Below, piece after piece: positions 50,180-60,301 of a stretch of 64,000 nt of DNA (positions within the stretch are counted from its first letter, which is position 1; the number at the start of each line of letters is the position of its first letter). A program made the position numbers and the translations under genes. Where the stretch lies: positions 32,001 to 96,000 of the forward strand of contig JAWBYA010000005.1 of the NCBI GenBank assembly GCA_038867615.1, read 5' to 3'. Under the pieces are notes generated by a model. It ran no database searches, was not told where the DNA came from, and worked only from the letters and a program-made list of their open reading frames with translations. This stretch comes from Sulfolobales archaeon. GTDB taxonomy: Archaea > Thermoproteota > Thermoprotei_A > Sulfolobales > AG1.

Positions 50180-51835
50180 GTGGAAACCATGGGGATTCTA
50201 GATAAGATCAAGGGCTTTACAAGACTTGGTGCGCAGGGGGAAAAGCAAGAAAAGCAACTGGAGGATAGCCTTCCTAAGACCCCTGAAGGCTATATGATAA
50301 ATATAAGGCTACCCATAATGCCCTACAGAGAGAAACCGAAGGGTGAGATCGTTGAGAGATACACAATCTATGATCCATGGGCTATGGTTTCAATCATACT
50401 TTCCGATAGCACGAGCGAGTATGTATATTTCATCGATGAAACTCCTCTAACAGAAGAGGAGATCAAGATCTATAGAAAAGTGATCGACTTCCTCATATGG
50501 GAAGTTGGAGAGATGGGAAAGGATGAGGATCCGAAGGAGTTTATAGTGAGAGAGGCTAGAAGGGCTATTGATCTCTTCAAGGCAAGGGCAAAGAGAGATT
50601 ATAACATTAGCTGGGACAAGATCCTGTATTACGTAGAGAGGGAGGTTAAGGGCTTTGGCCCGATAAACGTGCTGATGCTAGACCCAAACCTAGAGGATAT
50701 ATCGTGCAACGGTGTTGGGCTACCTATATATGTGTATCACAGGAAATACGAGTCCATGCCAACCAATATTATTTTCCAAAACGATGAGGATCTAAGCTCA
50801 TTTGTGGTTAGACTAGCCCACATGGCTGGAAAGCACATCTCAGTAGCATACCCAGTCCTCGACGCCTCTCTCCCAGGAGGCCATAGGCTTGCAGCAACAT
50901 TTGCGAAGGAGATTAGCCAGAAGGGCTCTGCCTTCACGATCAGGAAGTTCAGGGAGGATCCATTAACAGTTGTAGATATGATAAGCCTGGGAACAATATC
51001 ACCCGAGTTGGCAGCATATCTATGGTTCCTCATAGAGCACAAGAAAACATTCCTAATAATGGGCGTTACCGGGAGCGGTAAGACAACACTGCTAAACGCT
51101 ATCCTGAACCTTGTGAGGCCAAACTATAAGATAGTAACCATAGAAGAGACGCCAGAGATAAGGCTACCCATAAAGAACTGGGTGCAGCTCGTCACGAGAT
51201 CCAGCTACGCTGGTGGGGAATCAAAGACTGGGGAGATAACGCTCTACGATCTTGTTAAGATCTCGCTGAGATACAGGCCAGATTTGATCGTGGTTGGCGA
51301 GGTGAGAGGATCCGAGGCCTATGTGTTGTTCCAAGCAATAGCCACAGGCCATGGGGGAGCTACGACAATACATGCGGAGAGCATAGATGCGGCTATAAAG
51401 AGGCTTACAAGCCCGCCCATGAATATACCAGAATCATATATACCCCTGATCAACTCCGCACTAATGATCGAGAGGGTGCCTGTTAGAAGCAAAGATGGAA
51501 CGACAAAGATCTCGAGAAGAGTTACAAAAATATGGGAGATAGATAAAAGCGTAACACCAATGATTATTGGTAAGTGGAGTCCCAGCAGAGACATGCATCT
51601 ACTCACACTTGATAAGAGCCCTATGCTCAACTCAATAGCCGAAGCGCTTGAGATAAGCATGAGTGAAATACTCGACGAGATCCGGGCGAGGGCCGGCTTC
51701 ATGAGATGGCTATACTATAACAATATAAGGAACTATATCGATATAGCGTCAGCGATCTATAAGTACTATAGGAGCCCGAAGGAGATCCTGAGCCTTGTCG
51801 AAGCAGATCTAGGCCATATGGGCGAAAGCATCTGA
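50180..51835 (+). CDS. Type II/IV secretion / pilus assembly ATPase
   Basis: LEDISCNG, FTIRKF, GVTGSGKTT, TIEETPE, LRYRPD..VVGEVRG, ATGHG..TTIHA. Confidence 0.93.
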   Translation: METMGILDKIKGFTRLGAQGEKQEKQLEDSLPKTPEGYMINIRLPIMPYREKPKGEIVERYTIYDPWAMVSIILSDSTSEYVYFIDETPLTEEEIKIYRKVIDFLIWEVGEMGKDEDPKEFIVREARRAIDLFKARAKRDYNISWDKILYYVEREVKGFGPINVLMLDPNLEDISCNGVGLPIYVYHRKYESMPTNIIFQNDEDLSSFVVRLAHMAGKHISVAYPVLDASLPGGHRLAATFAKEISQKGSAFTIRKFREDPLTVVDMISLGTISPELAAYLWFLIEHKKTFLIMGVTGSGKTTLLNAILNLVRPNYKIVTIEETPEIRLPIKNWVQLVTRSSYAGGESKTGEITLYDLVKISLRYRPDLIVVGEVRGSEAYVLFQAIATGHGGATTIHAESIDAAIKRLTSPPMNIPESYIPLINSALMIERVPVRSKDGTTKISRRVTKIWEIDKSVTPMIIGKWSPSRDMHLLTLDKSPMLNSIAEALEISMSEILDEIRARAGFMRWLYYNNIRNYIDIASAIYKYYRSPKEILSLVEADLGHMGESI

Positions 51836-51893
51836 AACTAATACTAATAAATCTCGATTAGAACTTCAGCATAGATACCTCGAGAGGAAAGCC

Positions 51894-53645
51894 TTGACGA
51901 TCAAGGAAAGAATGATATATAGCCTTGACCGTGTCTTCGTCTTGCTGTTTGATAGAATAGGTTTAAGCATCGTGAGGACATTCGAGCTGGATAGAGCTAT
52001 AATATCTGCAATGATAAGGGCTAACCCACGTGTCTATGGAGCCAGGATTGTAGGATATACCCTCATAGCACTCCTCATCGGGATCGCTATAGTAGGTGCT
52101 GCACTGCTAGTAAGACCAAGCATCGTGTTACTAGTTATAATGGTTTTGGCCGGAGTGCTTCTACCACTCTTGGTCTTCATACTATTTATAGCCTATCCCG
52201 TCATGGCTATGAGTAGAAGAAAGAGGCTTATCGAGTCTGAGTTACCGTTTTTCGCATCATATATCTCTATCATGGCTAGAGGAGGCGTCCCGATCGCGAA
52301 AGCCATGGAGGCATTTAGAAGAACACCTCTTTTCAAGGGAATCAGGCTTGAGACGCAGGAGTTTTTCAGAAAGCTGGGGCTTTTTGGAGGAGATCCCATA
52401 GCCACGTTGGAGGAGATCTCGTACTACCACCCTTCACAGATCTTCAAGGATTTCATGCTCGGATACATAGTAACCTACAGGACTGGTGGAGATGTTGTTA
52501 GATACCTAGAGACAAGAGTTGAAGAATTCTTTAGAAAGCAGGAGGAAATGATAAAACAGATGATCCAGAAGCTAGGTGTCTATATGGAGGCATATATGGT
52601 TACAAGTATAATAGGAGGCCTAGGGCTCCTCATACTATTCACATCAGCAGGATGGATCCAGGGCGGAAGATTCGCCGTCACAAGCTACGACCCCACGGTT
52701 CTAATCCTCTTCAACTTCGTTGGACTCCCATTACTCTCTGTAGCAATAATCTATGGAGCTCATACAGCCCAGTCGAAATGGGGGTTCGAGCTCAGAGATG
52801 TGATCTATCTAGCCCTCTTAGTAGCAACGGTATCGCCCCTACCCTATCTACTTGTGATCCTCGCTATAGGGGGTTACCAGGTATTCTCAGGGATCTATAC
52901 AAAGCAAGCAATCTTGGGACAAGTACTCGGCATCGCCATAGCCCTGCTAACAATCTCAACACCAGCATGGCTAGCCTATAGAAGGGCTACCAAGGGGCTC
53001 AGGGCTCTCGAAAGATATACCGCACTCTATATCGAGAACGTAAGCGGGTTGAGGAAAACAGGCCTCGCGCCGGAGAGATGCTTTATAGAGGCATCAAAGG
53101 GGGAGTATGGTCCTCTAAACCCGATTGTGAGGAGACTTGCAGCAGCAATAGAGATGGGGATCGATATTGAAGAGGCTATTAGGAGGAGCCTCTACGGTGT
53201 TAGAAGCTGGCTTATAAGGGTTATATTCAGACTGGCTATAGATGCCGTTAAAGTTGGGGGAGGAAGCCCGGAGATCTTCTACCTGCTAGCTAGATATGCA
53301 TCAGCCATTGCTGAGGCTTATGAGAGGCTTAGAACAAACCTCAGGATCTACGTGTTCCTACCATATATAGGTGCAATCCTCTTCGCTATAACAAGCACGG
53401 TATATATCTCATTAGTAATAGCACAGCCACCCCCAATGATCGGGGGTAGAGAAATAGATACCGCAACGATCTACAGACTAAGTCTGATGGCAAGCCTAGC
53501 ATCGATAATGAACGCATGGATGATGGGAATAGTGGCAGGAAAGATCTCTGGATTATCTGTGGGAGAAGGATTTAAACACGCAACAATACTAACAACCATA
53601 ACAACAATCGTAATCTGGATCTTTGTACAAATGTTCATACCATAA
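51894..53645 (+). CDS. Type II secretion F / TadC-like pilus platform membrane protein
   Basis: Two T2SSF-like repeats (ELPFFASYISIMARGG; RKTGLAPE), multiple TM helices, AGKISG..GEGFKHA ending; follows the ATPase. Confidence 0.88.
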   Translation: MTIKERMIYSLDRVFVLLFDRIGLSIVRTFELDRAIISAMIRANPRVYGARIVGYTLIALLIGIAIVGAALLVRPSIVLLVIMVLAGVLLPLLVFILFIAYPVMAMSRRKRLIESELPFFASYISIMARGGVPIAKAMEAFRRTPLFKGIRLETQEFFRKLGLFGGDPIATLEEISYYHPSQIFKDFMLGYIVTYRTGGDVVRYLETRVEEFFRKQEEMIKQMIQKLGVYMEAYMVTSIIGGLGLLILFTSAGWIQGGRFAVTSYDPTVLILFNFVGLPLLSVAIIYGAHTAQSKWGFELRDVIYLALLVATVSPLPYLLVILAIGGYQVFSGIYTKQAILGQVLGIAIALLTISTPAWLAYRRATKGLRALERYTALYIENVSGLRKTGLAPERCFIEASKGEYGPLNPIVRRLAAAIEMGIDIEEAIRRSLYGVRSWLIRVIFRLAIDAVKVGGGSPEIFYLLARYASAIAEAYERLRTNLRIYVFLPYIGAILFAITSTVYISLVIAQPPPMIGGREIDTATIYRLSLMASLASIMNAWMMGIVAGKISGLSVGEGFKHATILTTITTIVIWIFVQMFIP

Positions 53646-53728
53646 TAAAACCACCATTTATCCCTGAATACTCGTTAATGCCCTTCCACATTCCGCTTGT
53701 CCCCACCCTACAATAGATCCGTGGCGGC

Positions 53729-54229
53729 TTAACGGTATAGAAGTTGGTAAACAAAGTTATCTATCGAGAAAAACCCGGGGCCTATGATGGCTAAGGCTGC
53801 ACAGGATGCTAGGAGCACCGTATCTAGCTCCCATCCAAACATATAGCCCTTGGTGGCTTTGAACATGGGTTCGGCGAAACCACGGGGCAGGGATTTGAGT
53901 GCTGCGCTAGTTATATATAGGATCGTTGTCGAGAGCATCTCGATCGCTAGCAATGCCGCAGCGACCCTGGTTAGAAAGCCTATGATAAGTGCTATGCCTC
54001 CTAGGAACTCCAACAACCCCACCAGGTCAAAAAGCACCCCGGGTATTCCTATCTGCCTCATACCATCCCTCATTGGCTTCCTAAAGGGCCCCATAATCTT
54101 TGGTGCTCCATGGACTATGAAGAGGATCCCTACAAAAACCCTTATGAGAAACACACCTATAGATGCTCCAAGCCCGTTCACAAATGGGGAGAACAAGATC
54201 TCTAGAACATCCACCACTATTATCACCAT
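53729..54229 (-). CDS. DoxX family membrane protein
   Basis: RVFVGILFIVHG..K, EFLGG..LIIGFLTR, GPGFFSID. Confidence 0.88.
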   Translation of the reverse strand: MVIIVVDVLEILFSPFVNGLGASIGVFLIRVFVGILFIVHGAPKIMGPFRKPMRDGMRQIGIPGVLFDLVGLLEFLGGIALIIGFLTRVAAALLAIEMLSTTILYITSAALKSLPRGFAEPMFKATKGYMFGWELDTVLLASCAALAIIGPGFFSIDNFVYQLLYR

Positions 54230-54398
54230 AGTTTACTATGTAAATCAGCTTATAAATCTCACGTAACAACTCGCTAGATCTTCAAACCTAATAACTGGAT
54301 CTCTATTTAATATTTTACTATGTAAATCAAATCTACTATGGACATATAGGATCCTCGCTATTTTCCTTATGATGTGGTATAGTTGTTAGGGGCTTCCC

Positions 54399-55325
54399 AT
54401 GAGGGTTCTTATCTTTGGCGGGCTTGGCTTCATAGGCTCTAACCTTGCTAAAAGGCTCGCTGAGAAGGGTTACGAGGTTTACATAGCCCATAGGGGGTTT
54501 TCGAGTGGGTATAGGGAGAAACTAGCCTCTATAGTTAGCAGGTATGCCTCTCTCACCATGTATAGTGATCCGAGGGATCCGATCCTGTCTATCAAGCCTA
54601 ATATTATATATAACCTTGTTGGCAGGTATTTCGGGAGCGAGCGGGAGATCATCGATTCTAACTTGGGATTTGCTGAAAGACTCTCTAAGGCTTTGGAGGG
54701 TTATAGTGATTATAAGCTGATCCACATATCGGCTGCAACCATAGTAGGGCCTAAGGGTGACGTGATCTATGAGGAGGAGAAACACCTAGTCGGAATAGAA
54801 CCGAGAGGGGTTTTCGATGAGAGCAAGGCTGAGGCTGAGAGAATAATAGCTAGCAGGATAAAGAGCTGGGTTATTGTGAGACCAGTGCTGGTCTATGGAG
54901 CCTATAACGCCCACCCAGAGTGGGTAAAGCTCCTCGGGATTGTTAGGAGGGGGATCGCGCCTCTGATGAGGGCTAGGGTCTCGGCTATAGAGGTTGGAGA
55001 GCTCTCAGAAATCCTTGTAAGAGCATTAGAACTTGATAGGGAGTATTTCTTCGCAACAGAGTGTGAGCCGTATTGGCTAAGTGACTTCGTAGAAGCGATC
55101 TCTCAGATCTATGGGGCGAGGTCTATAAAGATCCCCGTACCACTATGGCTTGCAAGAATAACAGCCCCAAGGGATCTTGGAAAACACTTCCCATACCTAA
55201 ACAAGGTCTTCTCATGCGATAAGATGGTGAGGCTTACAGGCTATAGGCCGAGGAGAATGCTTAGAAGAGGCGTTGAAGAGATGGTAAAATGGATCCTAGA
55301 GACTGGAGGAGAGAGCATAGCCTGA
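54399..55325 (+). CDS. NAD-dependent epimerase/dehydratase family protein
   Basis: GGLGFIGS, FDESK (YxxxK variant), RPVLVYG. Confidence 0.85.
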   Translation: MRVLIFGGLGFIGSNLAKRLAEKGYEVYIAHRGFSSGYREKLASIVSRYASLTMYSDPRDPILSIKPNIIYNLVGRYFGSEREIIDSNLGFAERLSKALEGYSDYKLIHISAATIVGPKGDVIYEEEKHLVGIEPRGVFDESKAEAERIIASRIKSWVIVRPVLVYGAYNAHPEWVKLLGIVRRGIAPLMRARVSAIEVGELSEILVRALELDREYFFATECEPYWLSDFVEAISQIYGARSIKIPVPLWLARITAPRDLGKHFPYLNKVFSCDKMVRLTGYRPRRMLRRGVEEMVKWILETGGESIA

Positions 55326-55361
55326 TAATAACCTGTTAGAATTATTATGGGTGGTTAGAGC

Positions 55362-56348
55362 TTGATCGAGATACATGGGCTAGGACCGGCTGGAGTAGCA
55401 GCAGCCCTATTCCTTAGAAAAGAGGTTGTAGTAAGGGATCTTGGTAAGAGGTATTTAAAAGCATGCGGAGAAGCAGTGCCAATAGACACACCGCTTGTTG
55501 AGGATAGATTTGTGCTCAACAAGATCAGGAGGTTTGAGTTCTATCACGAGGATCGATTTATAGGTGAGGTGAGCTATAGAAAACCCTACTGGTATATCGT
55601 TGACAAGAGCTCCTGGATCTCCTCCCTGAGAGAGAGAATACAGATAACTAGCGAAATCGAGAAGAGTGAAGAACGAATCGTCATAGATGCTAGGGGACCT
55701 TATTCAAGCAAGGGCTTGAAAATAACAGTTGCAAGAGTCTATCTAAAGAGCCCGAGAAAGAGGATAGATCCCGAGGCTGTTTACTTCATATATAGAAAAG
55801 GGGCACCGGGCTTCTACTGGGTATTCCCACACGGTGAGGATCTCAACGTTGGAGGCGGATTCATAGGTGTTAAAAACCCCCTCCCACTAATACATAGCTT
55901 CATATCAAGCTGGCTAGGCGGGGGCGAGGTGATCGATGTTAGAGGAGCCCCACTAACAGTAGATCCAGAGATAGATCTGGGGAGAGAAGGGGTATATAGA
56001 GTCGGCGAGGCAGCAGGACTAGTATACCCACTAACAGGAGAGGGTATAAGACCAGCTATACTATCCTCGCAAGCTCTAGTAGCCTCGCTAGGAACCAGAA
56101 AACCCCTCGATAACTATAGAAGAGCAATATCCAGAATAATATCCCAGATAGAGTTCCAGAAAAAACTCCTTAGAATAGCTATGAGAAGCATCGAGAGAAA
56201 TGGATCGATAGCGGAGCTTGCAAACACCAGCATCCTCAAGGACTATATAGAAGAGAACCTATCGGTGAAAACACTGCTCATAATGATATCAAGAAACCCC
56301 CCAAAGGCTGTGAAGACACTGCTTTCGATTTTACTACCAGCCCCATAG
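55362..56348 (+). CDS. Geranylgeranyl reductase-family FAD oxidoreductase
   Basis: GLGPAG, KACG, GFYWVFP, VGEAAGLVYPLTGEGI. Confidence 0.85.
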   Translation: MIEIHGLGPAGVAAALFLRKEVVVRDLGKRYLKACGEAVPIDTPLVEDRFVLNKIRRFEFYHEDRFIGEVSYRKPYWYIVDKSSWISSLRERIQITSEIEKSEERIVIDARGPYSSKGLKITVARVYLKSPRKRIDPEAVYFIYRKGAPGFYWVFPHGEDLNVGGGFIGVKNPLPLIHSFISSWLGGGEVIDVRGAPLTVDPEIDLGREGVYRVGEAAGLVYPLTGEGIRPAILSSQALVASLGTRKPLDNYRRAISRIISQIEFQKKLLRIAMRSIERNGSIAELANTSILKDYIEENLSVKTLLIMISRNPPKAVKTLLSILLPAP

Positions 56349-56539
56349 AGATCTATTATAGCTACCTCCACTAGCTATAGATAGCATCCCATGGAGTCCT
56401 ACTTCTATAATAGCCATATCACGACCATCCAGCCTAACCTGATTATGAATAGATATAACCCTATAGGATCATACAAACCATCATTGCAAATAAACCAGCT
56501 ATTTAGGAATCCTAGGAGGATCCCCTCGCCAGAAGATCT

Positions 56540-56573
56540 CGTATTACAATATAAATCGCGTATTACAATTGTA
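56540..56573. promoter_or_regulatory. Candidate VapBC autoregulatory operator
   Basis: CGTATTACAAT direct repeat at 56540-50 and 56559-69, overlapping the palindrome TACAATTGTA (56564-73), about 60 bp upstream of the antitoxin gene. Confidence 0.5.
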
Positions 56574-56631
56574 TACAGTATTAAGCGCTTATTAACCCGA
56601 GATGCAATAATAATATGTCGAGACTGAGATC

Positions 56632-56862
56632 GTGAGTGCAGTCGTATCGATCAGAGTACCTCGTGAACTGAAAGAGAAAATGAACGAGCTAAAAAGAATC
56701 ATTAACTGGAATAATGAGATTAGGAAATGTATAGAAATTAAGGTTAAAGAGACGGAACAGCCTGAAGCGATTGAGAAGCTCGAGGAGCTGATCAAACAAC
56801 TCGGGCAAACACGCAAGGGTACAGCCGTAACCTATGTGAGGGATGATCGTGATAGTAATTGA
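56632..56862 (+). CDS. vapB: VapB-type antitoxin (RHH/CopG-like)
   Basis: VVSIRVPRELKEKM..INW.EIR RHH pattern, ends VRDDRD; overlaps the PIN gene. Confidence 0.85.
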   Translation: MSAVVSIRVPRELKEKMNELKRIINWNNEIRKCIEIKVKETEQPEAIEKLEELIKQLGQTRKGTAVTYVRDDRDSN

Positions 56863-57262
56863 TGGCTCAGCCCTTGTTAAATACTTGTTATATGAGGATG
56901 GGTGGGAAGAGATCTCTAAGTATATTAGGGAGATGAGGCCTCTAGTAACGATCGATCACGCGCTTAAAGAGATCGCTAATGGTATTTGGAAGCATAGAAA
57001 GCTATATAGCGTGATAAGCAACGACAAGATCATAATGCTATATAGAGGGTTTCTAGAACTGGTTAGAACCGGTGTGATTATAGTCGAGCCTGAGGATGGA
57101 TATATAGTAGAGGCCCTTGAGATCGCTTTGAATCACGACATAAGTGTATATGATTCCCTCTACATCTCGTTAGCCTTAAAATACGGCGAACTCCTAACAT
57201 GCGACGCAAAACAAGCAGATGTGGCTTCAAGGCTTGGAGCAAAGGTATACTATATAGCTTAG
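56843..57262 (+). CDS. vapC: VapC PIN-domain toxin
   Basis: VIDGSALVK, EIANGIWK, SVYDSLYI, LLTCD acidic PIN residues. Confidence 0.9.
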   Translation: MIVIVIDGSALVKYLLYEDGWEEISKYIREMRPLVTIDHALKEIANGIWKHRKLYSVISNDKIIMLYRGFLELVRTGVIIVEPEDGYIVEALEIALNHDISVYDSLYISLALKYGELLTCDAKQADVASRLGAKVYYIA

Positions 57263-57395
57263 CATCACATGCTTGTAGATCTATTTATTGGTTGTGTTTA
57301 TGATCTTTCGGAGCAGCTGCCGTGGCCAGCTGTTTCTGGTTCCATGGTGGTTTATAAGGACTGATATCGAGTCTGTAGTTCTGCAATAATGAAAC

Positions 57396-57585
57396 AATAG
57401 TATAAGCTCTACTATTTTTATGGGGATGCCGCCCAACAATGAGGATAGAGATAGAGACCCGAGGGGCGGGTTAAATAAAATCCAAAATGCAGGGGTTCCC
57501 CACAGCATTGAGCCGAGGCCGAGGATATGGGAAGAGCTGTTGGTATCAAGCAAATATCAACCGCAATTAAGCCAGAACTCCGCCA
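57396..57585 (+). repeat. Dispersed non-coding element, family B copy 2
   Basis: Homologous to 10445..10640 (minus); 23-bp exact core at 57419-57441; CCGCCC/GGGCGG stem. Confidence 0.6.
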
Positions 57586-57747
57586 TGACCTATTGATGCA
57601 ACTAGCATGTCTTGCTTCGCTAGCGGCGTGGAAGTCATATATGGTCTATCTTCTATAGAGTTATAGAGTTTAAATAACCGTATAAAAATACATGATATAA
57701 AAATGCGGCACTATCTAGCTATATATTTCTGAATATTTAATTATATA

Positions 57748-58434
57748 GTGGTATGGGAGCCCATGGGCTATAGGAGCTACGTAGTGTATCTTGAGCTGAG
57801 CCATACTGGGTGCTGGACCGAGAGTACAGGATCCAAAGACGTGTTTGTTAAAAACCTGCAACAGGATTTCAGCTATAGTGGTGATGCATATAAAGCTATC
57901 TCGGTGTTTGTGGGTGATGATCTCAGAACATTCCTAGGCCCGTTTAAATTTCATAGAAATATACTGGGTGTTAAGATCCATAGTCTCTCTAATAACATAG
58001 CCTTGGTAGAGTTCACAAGCGCTAGGAACGGTACTGTAGCAGATCTTGTGAAGAGATACGGCGGGGTAACGATCAGCCTCGAGATAGTTGATGGTGTTGA
58101 GAGATGGAGATTCCTACTACCAAGGGCTAGGAAGGAGAGTATAGGGCTTCTCAGAGATAATGCAGAGACTATGGGCAACCTGCTCAAATTCCATGTAACA
58201 GAGCCAGAACCAACATATTTCACAGACCCGTATCCCTTGCTCTCACACTATGAGGATAAGGCACTCACCCAGGCGTATCTCTCTGGCTATCTAGACTATC
58301 CTAGGAGGGCTAGGGCTAAGAATGTTGCTAAGATTCTGGGTATAAGTCCTGCAACATTCCTCTACCATATTAGGAGGGCTGAGAAGAAGCTCGTGGCTAG
58401 CTATCTTAGGAGGAGATCGATTCTAGTACCCTAG
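57748..58434 (+). CDS. HTH-10 (bacterio-opsin activator-type) transcriptional regulator
   Basis: HTGCWTE N-domain, C-terminal AYLSGYLDYPRR...LGISPATFLYHIRRAEKK. Confidence 0.88.
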   Translation: MVWEPMGYRSYVVYLELSHTGCWTESTGSKDVFVKNLQQDFSYSGDAYKAISVFVGDDLRTFLGPFKFHRNILGVKIHSLSNNIALVEFTSARNGTVADLVKRYGGVTISLEIVDGVERWRFLLPRARKESIGLLRDNAETMGNLLKFHVTEPEPTYFTDPYPLLSHYEDKALTQAYLSGYLDYPRRARAKNVAKILGISPATFLYHIRRAEKKLVASYLRRRSILVP

Positions 58435-58440
58435 GACACC

Positions 58441-59445
58441 CTAGGATCTAGAAGATCCCCCAAGGATCTTTGATAAGTATTCGTCAAGCAGATCCGAGAT
58501 ACTTGTCCTCAGATAGAGAATAAAGACCATGACAACCACACCTATTATCACAAGGTTTAGATAGGAAGCAATCCTCGATGTATATTCGTAGAGAGACACC
58601 ACTATTATTGATGACAATATAGGGCCAAGAACATTACCAGAACCCCCCACAAGACCTATTATGAGTGTTAGCAGCGATATCAACGGGTTCAAAGCATTGT
58701 TAGGATCTATGTATAGTAGATAGAGAGCCGAGACACCTCCGCAAAGTGCTTGGAGCGCTGAGGCGAGGATAAAGATCCCTAGAGAGTATCTATAGGGGCT
58801 GAGCCCGTGACTAACAGCTAAGATCTTATCGCTCCTCACCACAGACATATAGATCCTATGCCTAGTCGCCCTCATATAGGAATACACAAGCACATTAACA
58901 ATGGATAATGCGGATAGAAGGAGAAGGGATAGCTGATCACTTATAATAATAGGCACGATCTTGCCCACATGGCCCGTGAAATTGATCTCGACATATAGTA
59001 GCACCTGCCTTAGAGCCTCGAGAATAGCTAGAGTAGCGAAGAAAAAGAAAAGCCCAGCAAGCCTCAAAGTTACATAACCTATAGTAGCTGCAACAGCAAC
59101 CGCTACAAGAACCGAGACCACAACCCCGGCTAGAGGTCCGAGGCCATATAGCAGTGAGTAGACAAAGATATACGCACCAACACCGTAGAAAGCACCAGTA
59201 GCAAACGAGGGGTATCCTAGCGAGAAGAAAAGCACCCATGGTATGGATAGACATATATATACAAGTATATTCCTCATAGTAGCCATAAAGCCTGCAGGGA
59301 GTAGAAGGCCTAGGACTAGCAACACTAACACCACCAAGATCCCGGGTAGTGATAATCTGAGGATCTGTAATATAGTATCGAGAGCCTCTCTAGATGCACG
59401 AACACCCGGCACCTCGCCACTTCTACCCGGTGTAAATCTTACCAT
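58441..59445 (-). CDS. Branched-chain amino acid ABC permease (LivM-like)
   Basis: GYPSFATGAFYGVGAY, LRLAGLFFFFATLA, VGGSGNVLGP. Confidence 0.85.
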   Translation of the reverse strand: MVRFTPGRSGEVPGVRASREALDTILQILRLSLPGILVVLVLLVLGLLLPAGFMATMRNILVYICLSIPWVLFFSLGYPSFATGAFYGVGAYIFVYSLLYGLGPLAGVVVSVLVAVAVAATIGYVTLRLAGLFFFFATLAILEALRQVLLYVEINFTGHVGKIVPIIISDQLSLLLLSALSIVNVLVYSYMRATRHRIYMSVVRSDKILAVSHGLSPYRYSLGIFILASALQALCGGVSALYLLYIDPNNALNPLISLLTLIIGLVGGSGNVLGPILSSIIVVSLYEYTSRIASYLNLVIIGVVVMVFILYLRTSISDLLDEYLSKILGGSSRS

Positions 59446-59578
59446 AACAATCCCTCCTCATAAAACAAAAGGGGCCTTATGCGTAGGGAATCCATCGTCT
59501 CTTTCCTCTCTAGATATGTACTCTATATGTTTGATATGATCTGGAAAAACAAACAGGATCATGTGGGTTTGCACCTCT

Positions 59579-60289
59579 CTACCCCTTTAACCCAAAATAG
59601 TTTCTGATAACATCGACCCCAAGGAGATCCTTTGGTTTGTAAGCAGCAAGGATCCTTCTATTATGCGCCACATACACAGTATCTACAGAATCCTGGTTTC
59701 TGACAAAAGGTACTACGCTCTGTTCAGCTATGATTATAGAGACCCCTCTGGATCTCAGCTTCTTGAAAAGATCATAGATAATGTCTATAGCCTTTGGAGC
59801 AAGCCCTGCTGAGGGCTCATCGATCAAAAGGATCCTGGCCCTTGCTGAGAGAGCCCTGGCTATCGATAGGATTTTCTGTTCACCACCACTCAGTGTTCCT
59901 GCAAGCTGGTTTCTCCTCTGAGCCATTATGGGGAGGAGGGTATAGATCTCCTCGAGGATCTTTTTCCTCTCGCTTCGAGGAATATTCCCCGCAACCATAC
60001 CCAGCTTTATATTCTCCTCGACCGTGAGTTCGGGGAATACTAGCCTCTCGCTCGGTATATAGTGTATCCCTAGCCTAGCCCTCTCACCAGGATCCCTGCT
60101 ATCAAGGATCTTTGTACCAACATAGACCTTACACATATCTATCGGATAGGGAGCCGTCCCGAGAGCCACGAACCTTAGGAGAGAGGTTTTTCCAGAGCCG
60201 TTCGGCCCTATTATAGCTATAGATCCTCCGGGCTCTAGTACGAGCTCTCCTATGGCCTCTGTAGTCGGGCATCCAGCGATCCTGAGCAT
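59579..60289 (-). CDS. Branched-chain amino acid ABC ATPase (LivF-like)
   Basis: GPNGSGKT, AGTLSGGEQ, LIDEPSAGLAP, AEQ. Confidence 0.9.
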   Translation of the reverse strand: MLRIAGCPTTEAIGELVLEPGGSIAIIGPNGSGKTSLLRFVALGTAPYPIDMCKVYVGTKILDSRDPGERARLGIHYIPSERLVFPELTVEENIKLGMVAGNIPRSERKKILEEIYTLLPIMAQRRNQLAGTLSGGEQKILSIARALSARARILLIDEPSAGLAPKAIDIIYDLFKKLRSRGVSIIIAEQSVVPFVRNQDSVDTVYVAHNRRILAAYKPKDLLGVDVIRNYFGLKG

Positions 60290-60301
60290 GGCCCCACACC
60301 C

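Noticed and set aside
57281-57553. 90-aa minus-strand ORF after vapC
   Set aside because: No recognisable motif and it overlaps the family B non-coding repeat
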